The notes beneath the pieces were generated by a model. It searched no databases, had not been told where the DNA came from, and saw only the letters and a program-made list of their open reading frames with translations. From the IMG/VR virus record IMGVR_UViG_3300028048_000043: a stretch of 64,000 bases of DNA. The stretch is one strand, 5' to 3'. How positions within the stretch are numbered: position 1 is the first letter of the stretch; each line of letters starts with the position of its first letter. Made by a program: the position numbers and the translations under genes. Source of the DNA: a virus. Lineage: Duplodnaviria; Heunggongvirae; Uroviricota; Caudoviricetes. Shown here one piece after another: positions 1 through 10,565 of this stretch.

Positions 1-2703
1 GATCAGCAAGGATTTCCAACAGTAATATCGAGGGAGAATTATTATTCTCGAAACAACATCGTTAAGCTTATAAGCCTGAAGAAATGGCTTGAAAAATACA
101 TAATAGGTGTAAATTCAAGAATAACTGATGTTGGCGGAGAAGGTATCGTGTTTGAAAGATATTCTATGCCAAAATACGGATCTTATCAAGAAGTGTTCGA
201 CTATACAAACGAAAGATCAATCGCGGCAAAAATAAATGGAAATTCATTCTTGATAAAGGACGCTTCCGCGAACATCAAAGTTAATGTAAGCACCAGCGAC
301 GAAATAGGCATGATAGAGGATTATCCTCAAAAAACGTTCTATGATTTCGCTGAAGGAAAGTTTGTCAATGAAGACTCATCCTGGAAATTTGTTGAGCTCG
401 ATTCTTCAATAGAAGATTCAAGCACAATATATTTCGGTCGTTCATGTGAACTACACGATAACATGAATACAATAGAGTTCAAGGTTAAAGGAGTTGTTGA
501 TTCAATAAGATTTGGAGAATCTTTAGTTGATTCAATGTCACCGGGGTTAATAATAGATGATAACAAAATATTCTTTGATCCTACGGATCTTTTAACAAAG
601 TCTGGAAACGTGTGTTTCCTTTATCCACCAATAATAGAGATTAAAGATGGAAAAATAAAAAGACTTGTATATGGAAACGTTGACACGAAAGCTGACAAGA
701 CTGCGTCAACTGGCATAATAACATACAACAAGAAAAATGATGAATGTACAATCATGTTCTCTGATGGCACTCAAAGCGTAACCGTCGGAAGAAAATTCAC
801 ATTTGCCCCGCCTGTTCATACGGATTTGTTCGAGAGCGCGAGTTCGGTTAAGCTTTCGTCAGTCGTAAATGACAGTTCAATAATAATAACAGATGAACCT
901 TACAAAAACATAAGAACATATGGTCTTAGATATACAAGAGATACAGACTCTAATGTTCCTGAGTTCAGAATATCCGAATATACGTCGATAGATATACCTA
1001 CATATCCAGATTATTCATTGTCTCCTGAATATACAGTTGAGATTAAATCCGGAAGGATGATCTTCAATGATCCGGAAAACAATAGAAAGATTATTGTGAT
1101 ATTCGATTATATTGACGGAAAGAGCATTATCACAACAAAAGTTTTACAGCATTCAAACTCATTCACATCATACAAATATCTTGTCAATAAAAACAACAAT
1201 GTTTGGGTAAACAGATTCACACCAAACAAATATTATACGGACTTTGTTGGATACTACGACGCTTCATCTATGGAAGCGATAAACGACAACACCGAGTGTG
1301 ACGTAAACGTTAAAAACGCAGGAACGTATGTTGTCGATGCTATACTTTGCGACCAATGGAACAACATGTTCTCGCGATGCGCAGGCAAAGACATTTACGT
1401 TGTAACAAGAGATATCGATGCAAGCACATATTCGCACGATTCAAGCAGCAACAACGATTATAACATTATTGGCGTTCCTTCATCTGACTTCCCATTCATA
1501 AGTGAAGATGTTAGCACATGCATATATGAGTATTGTGCGAAGAGACCGGTGATTGACGCAAGCTTGGCAAAATATAAATTATGCGTTAGTGGAAAATCAG
1601 ACGGCACGCAAAAAGATTATTGCGTCGAACATGTGATCGATTCAAGAGAATATGATTATTGTAGAGTGGCAAATACGAATACAAGAATGGATTGCTCTGT
1701 TTGGAACAGCGGAAACGGAGAAATGATTCTTATTGATACGTATAAAAGAAACAATAATATAATTCCTAACTATACAACAGATTCATATTATAAAGGAAGT
1801 CTTATATTCTTTGATAACTCAATAGAACACCCGGCGTTAATATGCGATTGCAGCATATCTGCGATGGGAGGAAACCCCGACGGAATAAAGATGTACAAAT
1901 TAACCGGAATACCTTCCGATTGTATTTCCGAAATAACGAACATGCTTTCAAACAAACGCTTTGATATACTTGTTCAGCCAGATTGGGAACTTTCATTAAA
2001 TGTCTCTGAAAACATAATAAGTTCTCTTGGAGAAAATATACAAAAAGATAATGTATACAAGATAAAACTTAAATCAACGTCTAGCGAGCGTGATAGAAAC
2101 TCAGTGACTGAATTTTGTGGAATTTTTTCAACAAAGCTTAAAGACGGAAATATAATTGATACATCTGTATCATGTTCACCGGACGAAATATATCTGGCAC
2201 GGATATATCCTGGTTCCGAAACATACGCCGCCACATCTCTAAAGATTGATAAAAAAGATTCATCATTTGGCGAAAGAATCATTTCTATGGAAGACGGAGA
2301 TAGTAAAGAAAAGTCTTATTTTATAGATAAAACTTTCGGTCTTTCATTTATGAACTTCGATATCGATAATGGATTTAGAATGTGGGCTGACATTCCTTCA
2401 GATGAACAATTGTATACGTACAACGCTCCTATTACGACTTATTCAGATAGTGTTATTATAAAACCTTTACTTGGAGAAGCGTTTGATATTATTCCGGAAA
2501 CATATTCAGTTCATTGGAAAATATTCAAACAGTATGGAACGCATCATCATAGATTGCTCCTTGAGTGTTGGAATAAAGTTGTCGCTTTAAAATTCCCAGA
2601 TGAAGGAACATATGATATAGATCTGACGGTTTACGACAAAAACGGAAACAAGTACAACAAATTCCTTGACGGAGTTATAACATACAAAAAAGAGGCAAAT
2701 TAA
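1..2703 (+). CDS. Large virion structural protein (baseplate/tail-like), 5'-truncated by window edge
   Basis: Frame of ORF 148..2703 is open back to base 1 (DQQGFPTVISRENYY...KLISLKKWLEKYIIG); beta-rich, PKD-like C-terminus (GTYDIDLTVYDKNGN). Function inferred. Confidence 0.55.
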   Translation, partial: DQQGFPTVISRENYYSRNNIVKLISLKKWLEKYIIGVNSRITDVGGEGIVFERYSMPKYGSYQEVFDYTNERSIAAKINGNSFLIKDASANIKVNVSTSDEIGMIEDYPQKTFYDFAEGKFVNEDSSWKFVELDSSIEDSSTIYFGRSCELHDNMNTIEFKVKGVVDSIRFGESLVDSMSPGLIIDDNKIFFDPTDLLTKSGNVCFLYPPIIEIKDGKIKRLVYGNVDTKADKTASTGIITYNKKNDECTIMFSDGTQSVTVGRKFTFAPPVHTDLFESASSVKLSSVVNDSSIIITDEPYKNIRTYGLRYTRDTDSNVPEFRISEYTSIDIPTYPDYSLSPEYTVEIKSGRMIFNDPENNRKIIVIFDYIDGKSIITTKVLQHSNSFTSYKYLVNKNNNVWVNRFTPNKYYTDFVGYYDASSMEAINDNTECDVNVKNAGTYVVDAILCDQWNNMFSRCAGKDIYVVTRDIDASTYSHDSSSNNDYNIIGVPSSDFPFISEDVSTCIYEYCAKRPVIDASLAKYKLCVSGKSDGTQKDYCVEHVIDSREYDYCRVANTNTRMDCSVWNSGNGEMILIDTYKRNNNIIPNYTTDSYYKGSLIFFDNSIEHPALICDCSISAMGGNPDGIKMYKLTGIPSDCISEITNMLSNKRFDILVQPDWELSLNVSENIISSLGENIQKDNVYKIKLKSTSSERDRNSVTEFCGIFSTKLKDGNIIDTSVSCSPDEIYLARIYPGSETYAATSLKIDKKDSSFGERIISMEDGDSKEKSYFIDKTFGLSFMNFDIDNGFRMWADIPSDEQLYTYNAPITTYSDSVIIKPLLGEAFDIIPETYSVHWKIFKQYGTHHHRLLLECWNKVVALKFPDEGTYDIDLTVYDKNGNKYNKFLDGVITYKKEAN

Positions 2704-2717
2704 AATTTGCCTCTTTT
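2688..2717. terminator. Bidirectional intrinsic terminator
   Basis: AAAAGAGGCAAAT-TAAA-ATTTGCCTCTTTT perfect inverted repeat between convergent genes. Confidence 0.85.
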
Positions 2718-2734
2718 CTTTTATTGTTATTTAA

Positions 2735-3472
2735 TCATTCTTCTGTTTTTACAGCCGTATTATCATCTGGTTCTGCCGCAGTATCTGGCGTATTATCATC
2801 TGGTTCTGCCGCAGTATCTGGTCCTTCAGAAGATTTTCCGGTCTGATCTTCAGATGTTCCTTCCTCGTCAGTTCCCTCAAGAACATAAAGGTAATACCCC
2901 TGTTCGAACATTCTCCATCTAGTCTGGAGATTTTCAGCTTTCTTCTTCTGGAGCTCATACCAGTTGTGAAGATCATAGAGCTTATCGCAAATTGGAACAT
3001 ACTCTTCGTTTTCCTCTTTCGCTACCTTTGCTGATTCGATCCCGATGCCACCGCGACCAACAAACTTTAGATAAGCAAACTCCATTGCTCCATATTCGAA
3101 CACGAGATCCTTAGGATCATCTTCATTCCACTTATCAAGGAAATCCTGGATATAATCATGGAATTGTAGAATTCCAACAAACTCCATTCCGGTCCAAGGT
3201 GCCTTGTCGATAAACTGCTGCATAAATTTGGCTACGCGGAGCGCATTTGCCTTGTCAGCGATTACGTAGTCTTTCTTTTCCTGGAGAGATTTTACAAAAT
3301 CTTCGAACTCCTTCTTTGCCCCTTCAGTATCTTCTTTTGTTGGCACTCGGTCTGGATCAATCCAGAATTTTCCCATATTTGTTACATTGAACTCGGAGAT
3401 TGCGTCGCGTCTTGACTTCTCCTGCTGCGCCGCAACCTGATCTGCGGTCTTTTTTTCTTTACTTTTTCTCAT
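2735..3472 (-). CDS. Hypothetical protein with acidic C-terminal repeat
   Basis: 245-aa ORF, last gene of a minus-strand operon. Confidence 0.75.
   Translation of the reverse strand: MRKSKEKKTADQVAAQQEKSRRDAISEFNVTNMGKFWIDPDRVPTKEDTEGAKKEFEDFVKSLQEKKDYVIADKANALRVAKFMQQFIDKAPWTGMEFVGILQFHDYIQDFLDKWNEDDPKDLVFEYGAMEFAYLKFVGRGGIGIESAKVAKEENEEYVPICDKLYDLHNWYELQKKKAENLQTRWRMFEQGYYLYVLEGTDEEGTSEDQTGKSSEGPDTAAEPDDNTPDTAAEPDDNTAVKTEE
2757..2822 (-). repeat. 33-bp in-frame tandem repeat (PDTAAEPDDNT x2)
   Basis: GTATTATCATCTGGTTCTGCCGCAGTATCTGG occurs twice in tandem. Confidence 0.9.
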
Positions 3473-3474
3473 GT

Positions 3475-3747
3475 TTATCGTTGTTTTAACTTTACAAAGT
3501 TTCTTATTTCACTAAAATCACACTCGCAATTTATATACAAGTCTTTATCTTTCTCGTATTTATCTGGCTCTCCCTCAACACCACATATTATTGAATCAGT
3601 ATAAACTATGGTGTTTCTACCGGTTAACTTTTGAAAAGGTATTTTTTTATACCCTTTTATATAAACGTTTCTATATTTCTTTATAGCAAATAATGACATA
3701 ATGCCCATATTCCTGTTCCAATCAAACCTAGATTTATCAAGCTCCAT
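3475..3747 (-). CDS. Hypothetical protein
   Basis: 90-aa ORF filling the gap in the operon; overlaps upstream gene so start uncertain. Confidence 0.5.
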   Translation of the reverse strand: MELDKSRFDWNRNMGIMSLFAIKKYRNVYIKGYKKIPFQKLTGRNTIVYTDSIICGVEGEPDKYEKDKDLYINCECDFSEIRNFVKLKQR

Positions 3748-4118
3748 ATGATAAACTTTGTCATTGTAAGACTATATCCTTCAAATATGAAAAGAACACC
3801 GTATGAAAGAGATTTGTTTCCTTCCTCATCAACGAAGTTTGAAATCTGAGGAACAAGATACTCACTCCACCCAAGCTCAATTCCGAGATAATTGATAATC
3901 GGTTTGAGTTTATTCATAATCATTTTTTCCTCGTCACCATCTGCGTTAATCAAATCCAAATCGTTACAATTGATTTGTACATATAATATGTTCCCGAGCC
4001 CGTTCCTCTGAATATTGTATCTTGTCATTTTTGAGTTAGCTTTTTCAAGCTCCCCCTTTATCTGTTTTCTGAATAATATGAAATTCTTCAGGTCAATGAA
4101 TGATTGAAATAGTGCCAT
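3681..4118 (-). CDS. Hypothetical membrane protein (C-terminal TM helix)
   Basis: ATG at 4118 preferred; hydrophobic C-terminus FIIWSLINLGLIGTGIWALCHYLL. Confidence 0.7.
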   Translation of the reverse strand: MALFQSFIDLKNFILFRKQIKGELEKANSKMTRYNIQRNGLGNILYVQINCNDLDLINADGDEEKMIMNKLKPIINYLGIELGWSEYLVPQISNFVDEEGNKSLSYGVLFIFEGYSLTMTKFIIWSLINLGLIGTGIWALCHYLL

Positions 4119-4135
4119 TATTTTATTTTTACTTT

Positions 4136-4882
4136 TTAACAAACTTCTCTAAATGTTCTATACTCAAACAAGGCGTCCTTCTCTTTCAAGCATATTTCTT
4201 CCTTCAACGATTTCAACCCCCTTCCTATCCATGTTTTAACGGAAGAAAGGTTTATACGGTTATCTATTGATATGTCTTCAAGTTTTTTGTTATTTATGAA
4301 ACGTTCCTCCAAAACTATTCTCAATGAATCCGGAAGAGATTTCATACATCGTATAGATGCATCATACATCTCAGATTCTGCTTTGTTCTTGTTATATCTA
4401 ACAAATTCGTTGTTTTTGAAAACAAGATCAAAATCGTCACACAAGTCAGCGTCCACTGTATCAGCATCGGACGATTTATTTTCTTCAATATAGCTGTCGT
4501 ACATATTCGATATATCCTCATCGATTGATGATGTGAGGAATCCATCTGCTCCATCTCGCTTCAACATCAAACAATTGTTAAAAGCGATATTATACACCCA
4601 TGTTGAGAATTTAGCTTTCTTTGGGTTGTATGTTCCTATCTTGAAATAGACGGCTTCCATCGTTTTTGATATAATATCGTCAACGTTTTCGTTAGATTTT
4701 AATATTCCGAATACAAACTTTGACAGACCCCAATACAATCTTTTATAGAGGTTTGTAAAATTCTTCTCTGTTCGGTTATAATAGAATCTCTTACCCAACG
4801 TATCAATATTCTTTTCTTTCGGCGCAAGTCTTTCCGTCGAAAAATCAAAATCGAATATTCCGCTATTCAATTCTCCGTTCAT
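4136..4882 (-). CDS. Phage-encoded ECF-like sigma-70 factor
   Basis: Region 2 (DDIISKTMEAVYFKIGTYNPKKAKFSTWVYNIAFN) and region 4 HTH (LPDSLRIVLEERFINNKKLEDIS...INLSSVKTWIGRG). Confidence 0.85.
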   Translation of the reverse strand: MNGELNSGIFDFDFSTERLAPKEKNIDTLGKRFYYNRTEKNFTNLYKRLYWGLSKFVFGILKSNENVDDIISKTMEAVYFKIGTYNPKKAKFSTWVYNIAFNNCLMLKRDGADGFLTSSIDEDISNMYDSYIEENKSSDADTVDADLCDDFDLVFKNNEFVRYNKNKAESEMYDASIRCMKSLPDSLRIVLEERFINNKKLEDISIDNRINLSSVKTWIGRGLKSLKEEICLKEKDALFEYRTFREVC

Positions 4883-5239
4883 TTATTTTGATGAATCAGT
4901 TTTTACGGCTTCATTGACGGTCGCATTTCCTCTTTGTTCTCTTGGTTTAGGCAAAACAACATCAAAATATTTTGGGAAATATTCCTTATTGTTGATAACA
5001 GACATAATACCAGAAACATATTTAAAGGGGAACGACCCGAGTTCTCTTAAAAACTCGTTAAACCTGGCGATGTGCATAACCCCGTCACATTCGCTGATCA
5101 TATTGAAAAGTTTTATCGCATCAACATACGGAACATCAGCCATAACCTTTTTCAAATCATTGATGAATAAAGGTGTAAGTTTATACGATATATCGTAATT
5201 GATTACCTGTGGTGCAGGCATTTCACTTGATTTAGCCAT
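4883..5239 (-). CDS. Hypothetical protein
   Basis: 118-aa ORF coupled to neighbours. Confidence 0.7.
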   Translation of the reverse strand: MAKSSEMPAPQVINYDISYKLTPLFINDLKKVMADVPYVDAIKLFNMISECDGVMHIARFNEFLRELGSFPFKYVSGIMSVINNKEYFPKYFDVVLPKPREQRGNATVNEAVKTDSSK

Positions 5240-7010
5240 TATATCCTAAAATTTGATTTGGTTGTAATATTTGTATTCTTTTCTTAAATTCTTCCGGAAA
5301 CATTTTATATGATTGCCTTGCAAGATTTGTAAAACAACCATCGAAAATGAACGTAACGCACCAATCCTTTTCGCTCCTTATTCCTCTACCAACGCCTTGC
5401 AGTATAGATATCGCAGTTGTGTTAGAATACCACTCTGGTTTTATATGCTGTTTAGCCGACACAAACTTATCAGCAAGGCTTGGATACGGAACCTTCATTA
5501 TAATTTGAAATCTGCACAAATCATCATCAAATGACAATCCTTCAACTAAAGTCGGTCCAACAAGTATTTTATCGTCAGCCGATTTGAACGTCAATATGGC
5601 TTCATCTTTCTGCTTAGAATCGTCATATCTTATAAGTCTGCGCCGTATTCCTTCTGGAACAGAATTATACAACTTGTTCGCAAACTCATAGCTACCTGTC
5701 TGTATAATTCCCCTTCTCCCCTGATACATATTTATTGTGGCTATAATAAGCTCTATGATTCTTGGTAAAGCGTACTCCTTTTCCTTATAAGATAATCGAT
5801 ATGTATCAACATAGAATATCGGTGAATTCGTGAAATCAAAAGTAGATGGAATGTCTATACTTAAATAATCGTCTATAGCGGCGTCTCGCGCATATGCCGC
5901 AGGATCCCCGATTGTAGCCGACATATATAGTTTTCTTTTGGCATTCTTATGAAAATATCTCCCCATAAGATAAGACTCGTCGATACAATTGAAGATAATG
6001 GTTTTGTCGCCTTGAGGGTTTTTAACAAGATTCTGGGTTCCTGTACTTTCGATAATTTTTATATAATCATCAAACGTCCTGTAATGTTCTTCGACGAATT
6101 CGCAATTATATACAAGATTTCTGTCTTCCCTGGAAAGTTTCTCCCCGGCATCCATCCTCTCTTTCAAATCTCGCATTATTGTATCTACAGAGTCATTTAC
6201 TACGGCAAGTTTCCTTACGTAGTTCTTAAGGTTTTCAAATATTGTATCGTTATTTTCAGAATAATATATAATTTCCCTTATCTCCTTTATTTCTCTTAAA
6301 ACGTCGGCATCGTCTCCTCCGGCACAATCGATAACGTTTGTAAACTTTCCTTCATCGTTTTCTGAGAATTTTGGAGAAAAATAACTTTGAACTATACTGA
6401 CGAGCTTATGAGCCTCGTCACATATTGTAAAATCTCTTGTATCAAAAGGCGGTGGACCGTCAGATTTTGGTTTAACCAAGTTTTGCTGTATCAGCCAGAA
6501 AGCATATGTACAGACGAGAACATCAGATCTCATCGCCCGTATTCTTTCTTGGATGTACTGACATCTGCTTGCGCACTCTGGAAACTTTTCAAAAATTTCC
6601 TTGTATGTCTTACATCCTTTTAATTTACATTCTCCTGCTGTGAATGGCAATCCGTTTATATCACATAAGTAATTCTGCTGCCCTTTAATGACACTCCACT
6701 CTGGGAAAAATCGTTCAACATCCCTTTCATACTGTTTTATAAGAGAAAGATCGCTGATAACAATATAACCTTTTTTATCATGATACTCTGACAAAACGGC
6801 AGCGGACAATAAACCTATTGCCGATTTTCCAGATCCGGTTGGACCCTGCAAGATAACATCCTTTTTCTCACCAGACAACCAAGCCATCACCGTATCAACG
6901 ATGGCTTCTTTTTGATTTGGTCTGAACTTGAATGTGTTTCCGTAATGGCGCATCGCACATGCGTCTACTTCAGAACTTATTTCTTCTATTGTAAAGATTT
7001 TTTCTTGCAT
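5232..7010 (-). CDS. DinG/Rad3-like SF2 helicase with Fe-S cluster motif
   Basis: Q motif RPNQ, Walker A GPTGSGKS, Cys cluster, DEAH, SAT, EGLSF..D, QGVGRGIRSEKD; ATG at 7010 preferred over TTG 7019. Confidence 0.9.
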   Translation of the reverse strand: MQEKIFTIEEISSEVDACAMRHYGNTFKFRPNQKEAIVDTVMAWLSGEKKDVILQGPTGSGKSAIGLLSAAVLSEYHDKKGYIVISDLSLIKQYERDVERFFPEWSVIKGQQNYLCDINGLPFTAGECKLKGCKTYKEIFEKFPECASRCQYIQERIRAMRSDVLVCTYAFWLIQQNLVKPKSDGPPPFDTRDFTICDEAHKLVSIVQSYFSPKFSENDEGKFTNVIDCAGGDDADVLREIKEIREIIYYSENNDTIFENLKNYVRKLAVVNDSVDTIMRDLKERMDAGEKLSREDRNLVYNCEFVEEHYRTFDDYIKIIESTGTQNLVKNPQGDKTIIFNCIDESYLMGRYFHKNAKRKLYMSATIGDPAAYARDAAIDDYLSIDIPSTFDFTNSPIFYVDTYRLSYKEKEYALPRIIELIIATINMYQGRRGIIQTGSYEFANKLYNSVPEGIRRRLIRYDDSKQKDEAILTFKSADDKILVGPTLVEGLSFDDDLCRFQIIMKVPYPSLADKFVSAKQHIKPEWYSNTTAISILQGVGRGIRSEKDWCVTFIFDGCFTNLARQSYKMFPEEFKKRIQILQPNQILGYNG

Positions 7011-7014
7011 TATT

Positions 7015-7028
7015 TGCAAATATACTGA
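7015..7028 (-). promoter_or_regulatory. Bacteroidota sigma-A-type -7 promoter element
   Basis: TCAGTATATTTGCA matches TAnnTTTG; one of six near-identical copies. Confidence 0.75.
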
Positions 7029-7032
7029 TTTT

Positions 7033-9120
7033 TTAGAAAAGAGAGATGCTCTCTGGTGTAAGATTTACTTTGATGTTAATCTTATCAATTGATGCTGGAA
7101 CCTTTACATACACTTCTACAGGTTGTATTCCTCCTATCATATCAATATATTGATCTTCATTTATCATTTTGATTCCGAGTTCCTTTGCTTTTTCTAACTT
7201 ACTTGGACCGGCTTCACTTCCAACGATTAGATAATCGAGAGTCTTATTTACTCCAGAACCGTACGCTCCTCCGTTCTTTATAATGGAATCTTTGATTCCG
7301 TCACGACTGAAGTTTTTAAATGTACCTGTAGCAAGAATCTTTAATCCTGATAAACTGTCTCCGTAATTGGAATCATCACCTTCGCCATATTCCGACGGAA
7401 GATACTTCTCTGCATCAGCGATAATGTCTGCATTATAAAGCATGTATTCTTCAAGCATTCCTGATGCAACATCACCAACGCCGTCAACGTCTATAAGTTT
7501 ATTCATCGCTGCATTGAAAATAGCATCCATTGTTTTATATTTTCTTGCTATTTTCTCGGCAGAAACTTTTCCTATCATGGGAATGCCTAATGCATACAAA
7601 GTCCTATCCAACCCGTAAAGTTCAACAGATTTATTTAGATTTTCATTTATTTTTTCCGAAAGAGCCTTTCCTACACCAGCTTTGTAATAGTCTAGCGGAG
7701 TAGCTTTGAAGAAATCTTGCCAAACTTGAACGACGCCAGCCGAATAAAGCTTTCTTATGTTCTTTTCCGAAAGACCGTCTATATTCATACATTCTTTCTT
7801 GGCGAAATGTATCAATCTCTGTATCCTGTTTTCGTCACAACAGTTATTTGTACAATACAGATGGGCACCGTTATCTATCTTTCTAGATAAAGGAGAACCG
7901 CAGAACGGGCAAACCGTCGGCTCGATGAATTCTTTTGTTTCGCTCCCGCTAAGTAAAGTTTTCTCGTAATCAACTCCATCTACTCGTGGGATCACTGCAC
8001 CACCTTTTGAAATATACAGATAGTCTCCGATCTTGATATCGTTATCTTTAATGAAATCAACATTGTTCAGTGTTGCTCTTGTAATTCTTGAGCCATCGAC
8101 ATACACAGGTTCAAGCTCAGCAACAAAACTTATCTGTCCGCTCATACCCATCTGCAACGTTATATCGTTAAGTCTTGCAGAAGTCTGTTCCTGCTTAAAT
8201 TTGAACGCCTTAGCCCAATGAGGAACTTTCTGTGTGTATCCTAGTTCTAGCTGAGTGTTGTAATCGTTTATCTTTATGACACAACCATCCATACAGAAAT
8301 CCTGCGTCTTAAGAAAATTCTCTTCGAATCTGTCAAGTATAGCGTCTACATCTTCTGTATTCGTAAACAGTTCGAACCTTGGTTCACTGAATCCGAATGA
8401 CTGGGCGAGAAGGAGAATGTGTGACTGAGATGTAAGATTTTTCTTTGCGAATTCTGCATCGTCACTATACATTCCGTAAGGTTTAAATATAAGGTTTCTT
8501 GAAGCCGTTATTCTTGTATCCAACTGTTTGATTGAACCGGCCGCAGCGTTTCTTTCGTTGGCAAATGGGTCAAGTCCTTGTTCTTCCCTCTCTTTGTTAA
8601 TTCTTTTAAGCTCCGAACGAGGTAATAGAATTTCTCCTCTAATTTCAACTGGAACGGACACTGGTATTTTAAGAGGTACAGTTTTTATGGTTTTTACATT
8701 CTCTGTAATATCTGCGCCTTTGTATCCTGAACCTCTTGTAGCAGCAACTTTAATGACACCATTTTCATATTCTATTGAACAAGACACTCCGTCATATTTT
8801 GGTTCAAGTATTTTTTCATACCCTTTATATTTTTCAAGCCAAGCTTTCAGCTCTTCTCTGTCATAGCAATTTGCTATGGAACCCATTATTCTTTTTCTTT
8901 CGACTTCTTTAAACTCTGTCTGTAAATCAGAACCAACTCTTTGTGTCGGTGAATCCGGAAACACTACACCAGTCTCTTGCTCAAGATTCTCAAGCTCTTT
9001 CATGAGCATATCAAAGTCATAGTCTAATATTTTTGGGGAATTCTCTACATAGTAAAGTCTGTTATGTTCGTTCAGCTCATCTACAAGCTGCCGCATTCTT
9101 TTTTCCTGTTCGAGTGTCAT
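7033..9120 (-). CDS. ligA: NAD-dependent DNA ligase
   Basis: KYDG adenylation motif, ATRG, NERNAAAGS, CPFC...C..C zinc finger, HhH, BRCT (GSEAGPSKLEKA). Confidence 0.97.
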   Translation of the reverse strand: MTLEQEKRMRQLVDELNEHNRLYYVENSPKILDYDFDMLMKELENLEQETGVVFPDSPTQRVGSDLQTEFKEVERKRIMGSIANCYDREELKAWLEKYKGYEKILEPKYDGVSCSIEYENGVIKVAATRGSGYKGADITENVKTIKTVPLKIPVSVPVEIRGEILLPRSELKRINKEREEQGLDPFANERNAAAGSIKQLDTRITASRNLIFKPYGMYSDDAEFAKKNLTSQSHILLLAQSFGFSEPRFELFTNTEDVDAILDRFEENFLKTQDFCMDGCVIKINDYNTQLELGYTQKVPHWAKAFKFKQEQTSARLNDITLQMGMSGQISFVAELEPVYVDGSRITRATLNNVDFIKDNDIKIGDYLYISKGGAVIPRVDGVDYEKTLLSGSETKEFIEPTVCPFCGSPLSRKIDNGAHLYCTNNCCDENRIQRLIHFAKKECMNIDGLSEKNIRKLYSAGVVQVWQDFFKATPLDYYKAGVGKALSEKINENLNKSVELYGLDRTLYALGIPMIGKVSAEKIARKYKTMDAIFNAAMNKLIDVDGVGDVASGMLEEYMLYNADIIADAEKYLPSEYGEGDDSNYGDSLSGLKILATGTFKNFSRDGIKDSIIKNGGAYGSGVNKTLDYLIVGSEAGPSKLEKAKELGIKMINEDQYIDMIGGIQPVEVYVKVPASIDKINIKVNLTPESISLF

Positions 9121-9138
9121 TTATAAACGAATTCTTTT

Positions 9139-9152
9139 TGCAAATATACTGA
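9139..9152 (-). promoter_or_regulatory. Bacteroidota sigma-A-type promoter upstream of ligase
   Basis: TCAGTATATTTGCA on minus strand. Confidence 0.75.
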
Positions 9153-9158
9153 AAAAAG

Positions 9159-9165
9159 ATAAATA
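9159..9165 (+). promoter_or_regulatory. Late-promoter-like ATAAATA
   Basis: Resembles T4 late TATAAATA, ends 21 nt before ATG 9187. Confidence 0.55.
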
Positions 9166-9186
9166 GAGAAAGTAAACTTTTTAGAA

Positions 9187-9423
9187 ATGGCAGAAAATAA
9201 AGATATGAAGCTTGTTGATGTTGGCTCCGGAAGATTGATTCCACAGGGAAACCTCAACACGAACGTCCCCGGAACACTTGGTAGTATGATGAAATCTCTC
9301 GATGCCGCATACAAATCGGCTGGAACATTCAAGGCATCTACATCTTACGGATTCACTCCTGGTTACACGACAAAAGGTCTTGAGGGAAACTGGGGGCAGA
9401 TGACAAATTCAAAATGTAAGTAA
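9187..9423 (+). CDS. Small hypothetical late protein
   Basis: 78-aa ORF after ATAAATA, TAATG-coupled to next gene. Confidence 0.7.
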   Translation: MAENKDMKLVDVGSGRLIPQGNLNTNVPGTLGSMMKSLDAAYKSAGTFKASTSYGFTPGYTTKGLEGNWGQMTNSKCK

Positions 9424-10187
9424 TGAATATTTCAAAACAAGACAAGATTCTGTTAGAGTATCTTGTAGAAAGATATGGCGCCGATGGGGTGATCAATGAA
9501 CTGAACATTCCCAAAAAGCTCTTACCTGCTATAGTTGCCGGAGGAATATCTATTGGTGGTTTAGGTGGAACACATTTAGTAAACAATTTAGTAAATAAGC
9601 ACAACGATAGTGTAGAAAACCCCGAAGAAACCGTCGAAGATACACCATCAAATCCTTACAACATGAGCGACGAAGACTACGCTCTTTTTATTGAAAAAGC
9701 AGAAGCCGTCAAAGATGAAATTGACAGGGTATTAGCGTTTAGAGGAATGAGTTCAGATGATATAGATTTCGACATTGAGAATCTTGTATACAATTGTTAT
9801 AAGTATAATTTCGATCTTCCTCTTGCCCTTGCTCAATTAAGATGTGAATCTCATTTTGGAACAACACCTAGAGCAAAAAAGACAAACAGCATGTTTTCCA
9901 TAGGAGCATACGATAGCGGTAAAAATGGAACATGGTACGAATCGATGGACGATTCTATAGAACCATATATCCTAATAATGAAAAGAGATTTTCTCCAAAA
10001 TGGAAAAAGAACGGTTGACGCCATCCTTAACCCTGGAGGATTTTACAGATTGTTCGGCGCAAGAAAAGCCAGATATGCAAGAGATCCTGATTATGAAGAC
10101 ACTCTTCGATCTGTTAGAAGAGGTATAATAAAAAGATCTCCTGTTCTGGCACAAGAATATAACAGTTACAATCTAAATGAAATATGA
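9423..10187 (+). CDS. Lysozyme-fold peptidoglycan hydrolase (GH73/glucosaminidase-like)
   Basis: LALAQLRCESHFG catalytic Glu helix, TNSMFSIG, RYARDPDY (YATDP-like); hydrophobic segment near N-terminus. Confidence 0.75.
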   Translation: MNISKQDKILLEYLVERYGADGVINELNIPKKLLPAIVAGGISIGGLGGTHLVNNLVNKHNDSVENPEETVEDTPSNPYNMSDEDYALFIEKAEAVKDEIDRVLAFRGMSSDDIDFDIENLVYNCYKYNFDLPLALAQLRCESHFGTTPRAKKTNSMFSIGAYDSGKNGTWYESMDDSIEPYILIMKRDFLQNGKRTVDAILNPGGFYRLFGARKARYARDPDYEDTLRSVRRGIIKRSPVLAQEYNSYNLNEI

Positions 10188-10196
10188 GTCAAAAAT

Positions 10197-10224
10197 AAAA
10201 GGTTGAGAAATTTCTCAACCTTTT
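10197..10224. terminator. Bidirectional intrinsic terminator
   Basis: AAAAGGTTGAGAAATTTCTCAACCTTTT palindrome between convergent genes. Confidence 0.85.
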
Positions 10225-10367
10225 ATCGTCTAGCGAACAAATTCCACCCTCTATCATCTGTACTTTGATGAAATCTTTGTTTCCATGGAATCCTTGGCAA
10301 ATTGCGTATATTATCATATCTCCTTTTCCAAGGTATTCTCGGTAAATTTGGCACATCATAACCAAGT

Positions 10368-10565
10368 TTAGGGAACAGAATTCTTTTTATACTTTGGTGC
10401 CTTTTTTTTTCCAAAAATTCCTTCCCACCATAGTAATGCTTCATATTCGTCTCGCGACATTGAATCATACTCATCAAGAGGGATTTCTATTGGAGTGTCC
10501 ATGAAAAAACCAACACCCAAACCGAAATCTCCATTTGCGGTAAGATCTATTTCTGGAGAAAGCAT
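10368..10565 (-). CDS. Small hypothetical protein
   Basis: 65-aa ORF with TAATG overlap to upstream stop. Confidence 0.5.
   Translation of the reverse strand: MLSPEIDLTANGDFGLGVGFFMDTPIEIPLDEYDSMSRDEYEALLWWEGIFGKKKAPKYKKNSVP

Noticed and set aside
2757-2822. 33-bp repeat as CRISPR mini-array
   Set aside because: Directly tandem, no spacer, in-frame peptide repeat
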